A program made the position numbers and the translations under genes. From an uncultured virus (IMG/VR IMGVR_UViG_3300030060_000981) (Duplodnaviria > Heunggongvirae > Uroviricota > Caudoviricetes): a DNA stretch of 64,000 bases. Positions 18,142 to 28,400 of this stretch are shown in pieces. The notes under the pieces are model-generated. The model saw only the letters and a list, made by a program, of their open reading frames with translations. It was not told the origin of the DNA and ran no database searches. The first letter of the stretch is position 1. Each line of letters starts with the position of its first letter. The stretch is taken from IMG/VR virus record IMGVR_UViG_3300030060_000981, positions 1 through 64,000 of that record; one strand, 5' to 3'.

Positions 18142-21063
18142 TTAACTTAGTGCTAGAATAAATGGTGTCATTTCAGAGAATAAGCTTTTACTAAAAGCTC
18201 TTCCACTTATTGTACCAGTATTTTGATTAATTTGTAAGTCATCACCTATTCTAAAGTTACCTGCTTGGTCAGTGCTGGTATAAATGACTTTTCCACCGTC
18301 TGATGTAACAACCTCATTTTCCTGAACAGTAACTCCACCACGTTTTGGTGTAGCAGTAGTGATATCATTTCCAGATCCAACATACTCGAAAGTATGAGAA
18401 CTAGCAATAATCTTACTTTGTTGGAAGAAGAATACGGTTGATCCGACCCCAACACTATTCAATAAATTAGAGTCAAGTGTTAATGTAGATATTCCAGATA
18501 CTACTGGAGTTGAACTATTTATTGTGTAATAAATGGAGGATGTTGTGGCAGTAGCAGTTGCTGTATTGACACCCACATTTGGACTGGAAATAGTTACGTT
18601 TGGAGTGCCTGTATATTGATTACCACTACTAATAATAGTAATAGAAGCAACCGACTCACCTTCTAATGTTGCAAATGCTGTTGCCCTTTCTCCATTAGGA
18701 CCAGAAGGAGCATCAACTGTTACTTCTGGAGTTGAAGTATATCCTGTCCCACCAGAACCAACTGCAATAGTTTGAACTGAATTATATAACTGATCAAAGT
18801 AAACTACTTGTCCATCATATGGTCTATCAATATCAACCTTTGCGGTTCCTCCAGAAACATAAGTATGAGCAAGAGTAGATACTCCTACATTGACTACAAA
18901 CTTTCTTACTGTAGGAATCTCATCAACTTCAAATATATAAGGACGTTTATGTGGGTATGTTTTGCTTCCATACGCACATGTTAATCCAATACCAGATAGG
19001 GTTACACCCATTCCAACTGAGAAGTTATGATTGGCAGTTACAGTTACCGTGGCAATACCAGTAGTATGCGTATAATCAAAGTTTGATATATTTAAAGTTG
19101 GTGTGGATAAATCTAAAGTAACATTGTCCTGAGATACAGCAGCAGTAGAACTTACTGAACCCTTGTATTGCAATGATCCAGTTCCACGAGCAACTAATCC
19201 TTTTGTTCCAAAACTACAGTTACTATTTGCAAGATCTGCTTGACCACCAGCATCACAACTGATTGCCTCATCGCAACATATTGTGAATACAGATACTAAC
19301 TGTGCAAATCCACCATTAGTTACAGCAACACCAACACCACCCTGATTATACTGGGTGAATGAATCAACGTTCATTGCCTTAAGAAGTCTTGCTTGAGATC
19401 CGTCTATACGAATACCAGTTCCTGTTGTTGTATCACTTGTACAGTTTTGAATATATGGTCCTTTCCACTTACCACCACCCACATTTTCTGCAATCTCAGT
19501 AGTGGGGAAACCAACAGCAGCAGCGGGGAATAGATGACCACTAAATGTCATGTTTGCAAGTTTACAACCTTTTCTTACATGGAATAAATCTTTATCTGTT
19601 GTATTAGGAAGAACCTTTACAGATCTTTGATCATCTCCAACAATCGCAACAAATGCAGGTATCTCTATAGGATTAGTCTCAACATAATTACCAGACAACA
19701 CTTTGATAGTAGTTCCCGATTGAGCAATACCAACAGCAGCTGCAATAGTTAATTTTGCGTTATCAATAGATGTTCCATTATTTGAATCTATACCATCCTT
19801 TGCAACATATAGAACATTTGGAGCAGAGTTAATACCTGTCGCAGTAGAATTAATTTGTACATTTTCACCAATATTAACTGTTGCATTTGTAATGGTAACA
19901 ATACCAACACTTATTTCTTCACTATCACCATCAATAGTAATTGAAGATTCACCAACAGTAAGAATTCCAGTAACACGAGCATTACCTTTAACCAAAAGTG
20001 TAGTTCCAGAAGAACCAACATTGGCACTACCAATAGTAGTGACTCCCAATAATGTAGAATTTCCAAGAATATTTAAATCCTTCCTACCAGTGATAATACC
20101 AATAGAATCAAGATTGGTAATATCCTGTTTGGTTATAGTTCCTGCTACAGAAAGATTACCTGTTATCTCTGCGTCACCCTGAACAAATAGTTTCTTATTT
20201 GCTACAGCTTCAGCACCAACACCAACATTTTTAATAGTATGAATTCCTACACTATCTACTGCCCAAGTTCCACCAGCACCTGCTGATCCACCACTAGCAC
20301 CTTGATCAGTTCCAATAAATTTACCACTACCAGAATCATATGCAATAAAATATCCATTTTGCTTTACAGAATCTCTATTAACATCATCTAAGAATTCAAG
20401 TCGTGTTTCTCCACCACCACCTTGAGCACTGATTAGATTCTTAAGATACTCTAGTTCATGACGTATCTTTTTAATATCAGGATCATCAACATTCTCACGA
20501 ATTTCTTCTTTAGTCTTAAGTGTTCCAAGAACTTCTAGTGCCTGATCAACAGCATCTTTTTCTTCTGTTAGTTCTGCTGCTACTGGTTCTGGTTGAACAA
20601 CGACTTCTTCAGATGTTGGTCTTAACCAATCTTCCAAAGCTGCTATCTGTCTTTTTTCTTTTTCTTGTTTGTACTGTGCTTGTGCTTCTTCTTTTATTTT
20701 TTTCTGCTTCTCTTCTTCAATCTTTCTTTTCTCTTCTGCTTCTATTCTTCTTTTTTCTTCTGAAAGTTTCTTTCTTTTATTTTCTCTATCTTCCTTTTGC
20801 TCTTTCTTGAGATCTGAAACCTGAGTAAAGAATGATACAGACTCTAATGGATTATCACCTATGACTGTTTTTATTTTATCTTCCTCTATCTTTTTCTTCT
20901 TCTCGTCTTCTTTTTTAGATTCTATAAACTTTTTCTTGACATCAGAAACTTCCTTGAAAACAGAAGCAAGAGGATCTTCTCCAACAAGAGATTTAAATTC
21001 CTCTTCTTTCTCTTTCTTGGCTTTACCGATAGATGAAAAAAACTCGTTTAGATCTTCGGTCAT
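18142..21063 (-). CDS. Virion structural/fibre-like protein with charged coiled-coil N-terminus and beta-helix-like C-terminus
   Basis: K/E-rich first ~210 aa, then YVAKDG.D.N.G, SGGTGY repeats and GHTFEYVGSG-like motif. Confidence 0.75.
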   Translation of the reverse strand: MTEDLNEFFSSIGKAKKEKEEEFKSLVGEDPLASVFKEVSDVKKKFIESKKEDEKKKKIEEDKIKTVIGDNPLESVSFFTQVSDLKKEQKEDRENKRKKLSEEKRRIEAEEKRKIEEEKQKKIKEEAQAQYKQEKEKRQIAALEDWLRPTSEEVVVQPEPVAAELTEEKDAVDQALEVLGTLKTKEEIRENVDDPDIKKIRHELEYLKNLISAQGGGGETRLEFLDDVNRDSVKQNGYFIAYDSGSGKFIGTDQGASGGSAGAGGTWAVDSVGIHTIKNVGVGAEAVANKKLFVQGDAEITGNLSVAGTITKQDITNLDSIGIITGRKDLNILGNSTLLGVTTIGSANVGSSGTTLLVKGNARVTGILTVGESSITIDGDSEEISVGIVTITNATVNIGENVQINSTATGINSAPNVLYVAKDGIDSNNGTSIDNAKLTIAAAVGIAQSGTTIKVLSGNYVETNPIEIPAFVAIVGDDQRSVKVLPNTTDKDLFHVRKGCKLANMTFSGHLFPAAAVGFPTTEIAENVGGGKWKGPYIQNCTSDTTTGTGIRIDGSQARLLKAMNVDSFTQYNQGGVGVAVTNGGFAQLVSVFTICCDEAISCDAGGQADLANSNCSFGTKGLVARGTGSLQYKGSVSSTAAVSQDNVTLDLSTPTLNISNFDYTHTTGIATVTVTANHNFSVGMGVTLSGIGLTCAYGSKTYPHKRPYIFEVDEIPTVRKFVVNVGVSTLAHTYVSGGTAKVDIDRPYDGQVVYFDQLYNSVQTIAVGSGGTGYTSTPEVTVDAPSGPNGERATAFATLEGESVASITIISSGNQYTGTPNVTISSPNVGVNTATATATTSSIYYTINSSTPVVSGISTLTLDSNLLNSVGVGSTVFFFQQSKIIASSHTFEYVGSGNDITTATPKRGGVTVQENEVVTSDGGKVIYTSTDQAGNFRIGDDLQINQNTGTISGRAFSKSLFSEMTPFILALS

Positions 21064-21479
21064 TTGTCTCCATTCTGTTTGAGAAGTTTTGCAAGATCAG
21101 CAGTTGATCCTACAAATAATGCATTATTGACAGTAGTTGGTTTTCTGGTAGATTCCTCTTCTACATCCTTAAGTTTTTTCTGAAGATCCATCAACTTATC
21201 GGTGGCATCAGAAACACTCTTAATGAGTTGTCCAGCAACTTCATATGCTCTTGGCATTTCACTGTCTTGTGCGAGTTCAAGAATACCATCAATAGCTTCT
21301 TGACCTTTCTCTATTATACTATAAAGATTGCCACGAGTATACTCATAGTCCCTTGCAATATCATCCTTTTCTACTTTAACTGGTACAGTTTTCTTTTCTT
21401 TTTTCACTTCAATTTCTGTCGAAACTTCTTCAGCTTCAACATCAAATGCGTCATTTAATTTATCAAAGTTCTTTTTCAT
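21060..21479 (-). CDS. gp16: Terminase small subunit
   Basis: DYEYTRGNLY, PRAYEVAGQLIK, NNALFVGST motifs. Confidence 0.92.
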   Translation of the reverse strand: MKKNFDKLNDAFDVEAEEVSTEIEVKKEKKTVPVKVEKDDIARDYEYTRGNLYSIIEKGQEAIDGILELAQDSEMPRAYEVAGQLIKSVSDATDKLMDLQKKLKDVEEESTRKPTTVNNALFVGSTADLAKLLKQNGDK

Positions 21480-21481
21480 AA

Positions 21482-22480
21482 TTAGAACCCATCGAATCCG
21501 AAGTTATCACCGAACTCTATAAGATCATTATCAGCAGCAGTTATATTCTTAACTCCTGTGCCGAGAACGTGAATGGCAGCAGTAGAACCATCTTCAGCCC
21601 TTCTGACAGTAAGATCATTGTTCTGTACAGACTCAACGTAAATCTCCTCACTATCAATGTATATGTAACTATCTGCAGTTATACTAGAAGCATCTGCAAC
21701 AGTTATGATCAATTCTGTTTCACTTACATCCTCTGCTAAAGTTGTAACAGGAGTATCATTATATGCTCTAGTTGCCCTTGGAGTGACACTGTAAGTCATC
21801 TCTCTAGATGGTGCAGGAGTTCTACCACCAGCAACGTATCCAACAGTAACCTTCTTGATAATATCCTTGGTAGTATCTGTTTGAACAGGACCATAGAAGT
21901 AGGTCTTAGCAGTGAATCTCATTGTATAGATAAGTGCTCTCCTTGTGGAGAAGTCACCCTCATAATCATCACTGGTTGTGATTGAAGTAAGTACAATAGG
22001 AATATCTCTTTTTTCTCCGATAGTAGAAACTAAATCTACTGTCATCGTATATGCTGGTTGAAAATATGGAAGTATCTGTTCTACAATCTGAAGCATGTCA
22101 TCATTCAACTTAGTAAAAACACTAAGTTCAAAATCTAGATTGTATGGTACTGGTAAATATGTCTTTGCTATCTTTTTCTTGTCAGACTTAACTGGACTTA
22201 AAAATGTTTGGGTAGTTGTAGACTTTCTACTAGGATCATAATTTAACCCTGTCATCTCAAATGACATTCTGGGTAAAGTAATCTGAACAGATTTACTTAG
22301 ATCTGCTTGTTGTTCCAAGCGTGCTAAAAACTTCTGAGTAGGACTATAAGCAAGAGGAACTTTTAACGTGCTTACAGTTGTATCAGTTTCATTAGTGTGC
22401 TCAATTTTAATATTATTAAATAACGAACCGAACCCAATAATGGTTCTTCGCATTATTTCGTGATAAAAATATTCAAACAT
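21482..22480 (-). CDS. gp15: Tail sheath stabiliser / completion protein
   Basis: FGSLFNNI, LPRMSFE, QIVEQILPYFQP motifs. Confidence 0.93.
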   Translation of the reverse strand: MFEYFYHEIMRRTIIGFGSLFNNIKIEHTNETDTTVSTLKVPLAYSPTQKFLARLEQQADLSKSVQITLPRMSFEMTGLNYDPSRKSTTTQTFLSPVKSDKKKIAKTYLPVPYNLDFELSVFTKLNDDMLQIVEQILPYFQPAYTMTVDLVSTIGEKRDIPIVLTSITTSDDYEGDFSTRRALIYTMRFTAKTYFYGPVQTDTTKDIIKKVTVGYVAGGRTPAPSREMTYSVTPRATRAYNDTPVTTLAEDVSETELIITVADASSITADSYIYIDSEEIYVESVQNNDLTVRRAEDGSTAAIHVLGTGVKNITAADNDLIEFGDNFGFDGF

Positions 22481-22513
22481 GGGTAAAGCTCGGTGTACTA
22501 CCTGATAAAATAT

Positions 22514-23899
22514 TTAGGGCATCCCGAATGGGTTGGTTTGAGAGAAGTCAATTATTGAATCTGCTGCTGTTTCAATTTCATTATTTTTTGCAAATCCATC
22601 CTTATCAAACTCTGATGCTACCTTTCTATATTGATGAGTTGCTCCTGATTCATCACCAGTAATTATCTCACCATTAGTGAATGATCCAGTGGCAATAGAA
22701 ACCTCTAATTCATTTGTGGTAGAATCCCAAGACTTAACTCTTGCAGTTGTACCACTTTGAGATCCAGTTACAGTCTCATTGAATATATAGTCTCCTTGGT
22801 TGCCCATATAAGGAGAAGATATAGTAACAGTAGGTGCTACTGTGTATCCAACACCAGCATCTCTGATACCAATCTGAGTAACAATACCAACTGTATTGAG
22901 GTATGCAATTGCTACTGCAGTATTGATACCTGTTGGGTTGTTACTAATAGTTACTGTAGGTACTGTAGAGTAACCAGTACCACCACTAGTGATACTAACG
23001 ATACCAATAACACCATCAGCAATACCAGATGTAGCTGCTGCACCCACTCCTCCACCACCGTGGAAAGCTATGGTTGGTGCTACTGTATATCCAGCACCTG
23101 GATTAATTAAATCTGCATGTTGAACTTTAGATGATTTCTCACCATTACAATCAACAATAAATGATATCATTGTTGAAATTCCAACAGCAGTTGTTCCACC
23201 AGAAGGTGCAGATGAAATAGCAACCCTTGGTACATTTGCATAGTTATGCCCTCTATCACTAATATAAATTGCTCTTACACCACCATCAGAAACTCCCATT
23301 ACACTCGCAGTGGCAGTAGTTCCAGATCCAATAAGTTGTAGAGTTTCAATATAACCAAACTCCTGAACATTATCATCTACGGTATCAATACCTGTATCAA
23401 CAACCTCATCCTCATAACGGAAGAGTTCACATCTCAACTCATAGACATAATTCTTTTGGAGTTGGTAGAATGGTTTCTCATGCTCAACAAATTTAATCTC
23501 AAATAACCTATCACCAAGAGGGAACCAAATTAGATCTCCTTCCTTTGGTCTAGTTGCTAATTTTATATTTGGTATGTTCTTTATCAACGGAGTGATATAG
23601 TTTTCAAACCTATCTTTAGATATTATCAATCCCAAGTCATGTAATCCCTGTACTCCAAACTTAGACATCAATACACCTTGACCCTCATAACCATCGTAGG
23701 TGTCCACGTATGCCTCTAGAGGGATCGCATTTTCAAACTTAGACTCAATCACCTCAGTGATTACAGTTTTGCTTGAAACGTAGGTTCTAGGGATATAATA
23801 GACTTCAACTCCGTACATACGAAGTTGTTCGTTTACTAGATCCTGAACTAGATTTTGCTCAGATCTAGCTCCTTGCTGAAAATATGGATTAAGAACCAT
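22514..23899 (-). CDS. gp14: Neck protein
   Basis: RPKEGDLIWFPL and EHEKPFYQL motifs. Confidence 0.92.
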   Translation of the reverse strand: MVLNPYFQQGARSEQNLVQDLVNEQLRMYGVEVYYIPRTYVSSKTVITEVIESKFENAIPLEAYVDTYDGYEGQGVLMSKFGVQGLHDLGLIISKDRFENYITPLIKNIPNIKLATRPKEGDLIWFPLGDRLFEIKFVEHEKPFYQLQKNYVYELRCELFRYEDEVVDTGIDTVDDNVQEFGYIETLQLIGSGTTATASVMGVSDGGVRAIYISDRGHNYANVPRVAISSAPSGGTTAVGISTMISFIVDCNGEKSSKVQHADLINPGAGYTVAPTIAFHGGGGVGAAATSGIADGVIGIVSITSGGTGYSTVPTVTISNNPTGINTAVAIAYLNTVGIVTQIGIRDAGVGYTVAPTVTISSPYMGNQGDYIFNETVTGSQSGTTARVKSWDSTTNELEVSIATGSFTNGEIITGDESGATHQYRKVASEFDKDGFAKNNEIETAADSIIDFSQTNPFGMP

Positions 23900-23903
23900 T
23901 ATA

Positions 23904-24749
23904 CTAACCTATCATGTCTAATGGTGGAAGTTCATAAGTATTGGACATATTTTCTAATATCTTCTCTAAGTCTTTTTGAGCATCTTCATATATCTCACGA
24001 CCATTTAATTCTACTCCACCAGGTAATTTAACACCTTGGAATTTAATGAGATTCTGACCCCATTGTTTTTTGATTAAAGCAGTGGCATATGGTTTTAGGA
24101 ATGAGTCATTCCACACTCTAGGATAATCTGAAGGATTCAATAACCTAAAGCAATCAATAATAATATAGTCACCAACACTCAGACTCCCCCAATCAATATC
24201 CATATACAACCTATCTTGCCTCTTATTAAATCTTATCTGCTTTTGAGTCGTAAGTAAAAATTCAATATCCTGTAGATATGTTTTGACCATAGCGTAGGAT
24301 AAAAGTTCTGTAGAACCCCAATAGTAAATATCATTCAAGAACATCTGATACTTAACACTAAACATATTGTTAGTGATAGTATTAGTCCCATCAAAGTGGA
24401 ATATCTTAGTCACACCAATGATCTCTGGAGGCATTGGTAAGTAATTACTATTCTCCTCAAAATTAAATTGAGTTGTAAGACCTACTGGTGTATTGACTGT
24501 TGTTGTTACAATTCCAACTGGATCATCATCATCTCCTCTTGCTCTACCTCGATTTATATCATCTTGCGTTACCTTATACTTCATATAAGTTTGATATACA
24601 CCATCAAAATGTCTTTCTTGAAAATACTGAACGGCATCATCTATAAGATCTTCTATCTGTTCTTCTGCTACGTTTACTTCTAATACAGGCGCACCAAGTT
24701 TTCTCTTACAATAATCAATTAACTCTCCTCGTGTCTTTGGTTGCGCCAT
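23904..24749 (-). CDS. gp13: Neck protein
   Basis: RKLGAPV and QWGQNLIKFQGVKLPGG motifs. Confidence 0.93.
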   Translation of the reverse strand: MAQPKTRGELIDYCKRKLGAPVLEVNVAEEQIEDLIDDAVQYFQERHFDGVYQTYMKYKVTQDDINRGRARGDDDDPVGIVTTTVNTPVGLTTQFNFEENSNYLPMPPEIIGVTKIFHFDGTNTITNNMFSVKYQMFLNDIYYWGSTELLSYAMVKTYLQDIEFLLTTQKQIRFNKRQDRLYMDIDWGSLSVGDYIIIDCFRLLNPSDYPRVWNDSFLKPYATALIKKQWGQNLIKFQGVKLPGGVELNGREIYEDAQKDLEKILENMSNTYELPPLDMIG

Positions 24750-24778
24750 TTATCTATGAGTAGTTCTTTCAATTGTAT

Positions 24779-25207
24779 TTAGTATGTTAGTGGAGCCGAT
24801 GATATACCTGCAATTACTAACACATTTCCAGAGATTATTTTATAAGTTGTTGCTCCCGAACTCACCAAAACATCATATACATATCTTCCTTCTGGTATAT
24901 TGCTAGTATCTGTTGAACCCAATGATATACTAAAATCTCCACCTGCTGCACTCGTAAACCCAACATTAAAAGTCTTCAGTGCATATGCAGAAGATCCAAT
25001 TGCTACACTCTTAGCAAGTTGTGCAGAACCAGTCCATCCAGTAGTAGTTGCTATTCCAACTGCATTTGCAGTAGAAAAATCCCATGCACCACCTGAAACA
25101 TTAACAACAGAATAATCACTTTTAAATGTTGCTCCAGCATTTAAAGTAAGATTTACTCCATAAGCAACCCCAGAAGTGGGATCAAAAGTAATTGTATTTT
25201 TAGCCAT
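24779..25207 (-). CDS. Hypothetical structural protein
   Basis: EGRYVYDV motif; late operon. Confidence 0.7.
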   Translation of the reverse strand: MAKNTITFDPTSGVAYGVNLTLNAGATFKSDYSVVNVSGGAWDFSTANAVGIATTTGWTGSAQLAKSVAIGSSAYALKTFNVGFTSAAGGDFSISLGSTDTSNIPEGRYVYDVLVSSGATTYKIISGNVLVIAGISSAPLTY

Positions 25208-25421
25208 TTGTTAGTGCCTTCAGTAGAAATTTGATTTCATTAATATCATCCTTTAATGAAGCTAATTCACGTTCAACATTATCCATTTTTTCTCGACTCT
25301 TCAATCTATTTTGACGTTGAGAAATATACTTCTGATATTCATTAGAGTCAACATTAAGGATAGCAGTGCTATCCTTTTCACGTACCAAACCAACATGACC
25401 CTTGACGTTTATATGTTTCAT
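25200..25421 (-). CDS. Small coiled-coil hypothetical protein
   Basis: LVRE...AILN...LKDDINEIK. Confidence 0.7.
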   Translation of the reverse strand: MKHINVKGHVGLVREKDSTAILNVDSNEYQKYISQRQNRLKSREKMDNVERELASLKDDINEIKFLLKALTNG

Positions 25422-25422
25422 A

Positions 25423-28400
25423 TTATGCTAGTGATATAACCCTGAGATCTTTAACTCTAGGTGGTTGAGCAGCATTTGTAGATGTTCCTACAAGCTTGAT
25501 ACTGAAGTATCTGAAACTTGCAAGATTATCTATAGTATATTCATAATCTTTATAAACAACCTGAGAACTAGTATATGCTAAGATATCAGTCTTAGGAAGT
25601 GACTTATCTGGCAATCCATTATTCTTAGCAGGATCAATAATTTCACCTGATGGTAGTAGGTTAGTATAACCAGGGAAAGGATTATAAATCAATTCCTGAT
25701 CAGGATCATTTGATATTGCATAGAATGCTCTGATATCACTGAAAACATTTATATGTCCAGTCATATAGATTTTAATTGAAGTTGCTGGAGTTTCTAGACT
25801 AACAGGTTTAGATGCATAAACAAAAGAGTTTGGATCATCTACAACTGTGGATGTTCTAGGATCACTTGAGTAATCAGTGATTGGATTATCAACTCTATTC
25901 GATGTTAGAATAACAGCAATTCTATCCAAATCAACTATCGGTGAAAGGTTTGGATTATTAGTTGTCATATCCAAAGAAAGAGTAAATGACTTATTCTGAG
26001 GCAATCCAGTTAATGATGTAGTTTCATTTATACGTGAAGCAACTATTCTAGGAGAATCCATATAGTTGTCAGATATCAAACTAATATCCTCAAATCCTTG
26101 ATCTTGGAATGGAACTTCTGTTCCACCAATACTCTTACCACTTACAGTTCTAATCTTAGCAGTTAAGTTGGTTCCAACAGGAGTAATATTCTCAACGATA
26201 GGGGTTACAATCTCAAAAGGTATATTCTCAGTAGGAAGTATACCCTTTCCGCCAGTTGACTTCGTTTCATTGAAGTGGAGTTGTGGAAGACTTGTGCTTG
26301 CAGATCTATCTACACCATTCTTAGAAGTGTCAATCTTAATAGTATAGTAATCAAGACCAATAGGATCTGTAACAGTCGCATCAGCAAGATTGTGATTGGT
26401 ATTGATTCTTCTTAAAGATATACCATTCAATTCATATTTTTCAACAGTATCACCAGAATAGTGATTAACTGATAATGTTCCATCTACTCCTCTAGTTGTA
26501 ATTCCAGTAAGAGTAGTAGCAGTTGCTCCTTCATAAGCAAATATTTCTTTTCCTATTCTTGCATATCCTGGTGTTGTTGTACCAACTCCAACTCCTTCAA
26601 ATGTTCCAAATGCAGATGCATCATCTACAGTGATTGTTCCAGTATCAGAATTGCTATAATCAGCAGATAGTTTTGTTAAAGCTATATCAGACTTAGCATT
26701 ATTAATTGTTACTGTATTCTGAGTAGAATACATTCCGTGGTTATTCTGATTAACCTTGATATGAAGTCCATCAGTAACAACTGTAGGAGCAGAAGATAGT
26801 AAAACATTACCACCAATACCACTGTTAAGAGAACTTGTAACACCAGCATTGTTAACAAATTGAATTGTCTTACCAACACCAGCAACAAAGGAACCCTGTA
26901 CGTTATCAATGATTAATTCATTCACTCCACGAATATCACCGATAGATAATCTCATATTGGTTCCTAACTTATTACCACCAATTTGAGTAGGAGTAACAAC
27001 ATCTCCTATGGAGTAACCAGTTCCACCAGCACCAATTGTTGCTGCTATTGCAACTCCATTTTGGATACTAATATTAGCAGTTGCATTTGAACCAGTTCCA
27101 GTTATGTTAGTTAAGCTAACTCCATTGTATGTTTGATTTCCTGTGTATCCAATACCAGAGTTGGTAATAGACATAAGACCGAAAGCACTACCAGCAGATC
27201 CAACATAATTACCAGTTGCATTACTACCCAACTGACTAATAGTATTACCAAGAGTTAAATCATCTTGTACTACAGTTGTTCCTAAACCAACTCTAATTCT
27301 ATTTGAATCAATTTCAAAAGCATTTGGATTTAGTGCAGGAATTTGTTCTGTTCCTACATTTAATAGTGGGTTAGTGAAATTAACACTTCCTGAGAATGGT
27401 GAGAATACTGCTTTGAAAAGAGTAAACTTAAGATCTTCATATTGACTTGGATTCCAAGTAGAACCATTCTGAGACTTGAATAAAGATCCTAGTAATGGTT
27501 GCTCTGCAATAACAATTTCATCAAGTTCTGGATTGGTAGCAGATGTAATATCTGACTCACCCATTCTAGATATCCATGCTGTATAATTATTACTTGCAGA
27601 TAGTAGAACTACAGAATGATATTCACCACCAGTCAAGTAAACAGGACCATCAAATGTTATTCGTGTCGCAACTGAAGCATCTTCAGAAACATAAACATAT
27701 TGTGGATCAACTACTACTTCAGAGAAAGGATAAATTTTCTCTGTAGGTAATCCAAGTTGCATTGGACGTAACTGAACAACCACTGGTAAAGTTTCATCCT
27801 TACTTCCAAAGAAGACATCTATACTTGTAACAAAGATACCTTCAGGTTGGTTTACATAGAATGATTGTGCAAGTGGATCATCACCACAAATAGCAGCAGT
27901 AGTTCCATCAGCAGTTGCTGCAATACTCAAAAGATTATTCTTTGCTTCTTCAAATGTTATAGAACCACTCGTAACTGCCGCAAAAGCAGCATTCAGTTCA
28001 TCATTAACATCTGCTATCTCCAACTGACCTGTTGTAGAATTGTATGTTGCTGTTGCACCTACAATTTGTGTTTTCAATCCATGATAGATTGCATCATTTT
28101 TTATTTCATCAGTTAGTACAAAATCACCTTCATAATTACCACCAATTGCTTCATCGGTGTAATTAATACCAGCTGGACCACCATATTGAATTAATGAAGC
28201 ACCTTCAATAGCAAGAGATGATAAAGTTATACCTTCAGGAAGTCCAGCATTTTCACTTGCAGTTACACCAGTTGCCACAACATCTGGGTGGGTTTTAAAT
28301 GCATTTTCAGTTGTAGCAACCGCATCATTTAAACTCATACCACCTGCAATTAGATTTTTAATATCATTTTCCCAATACGCTTGTCCTGTAGATTCTGGTC

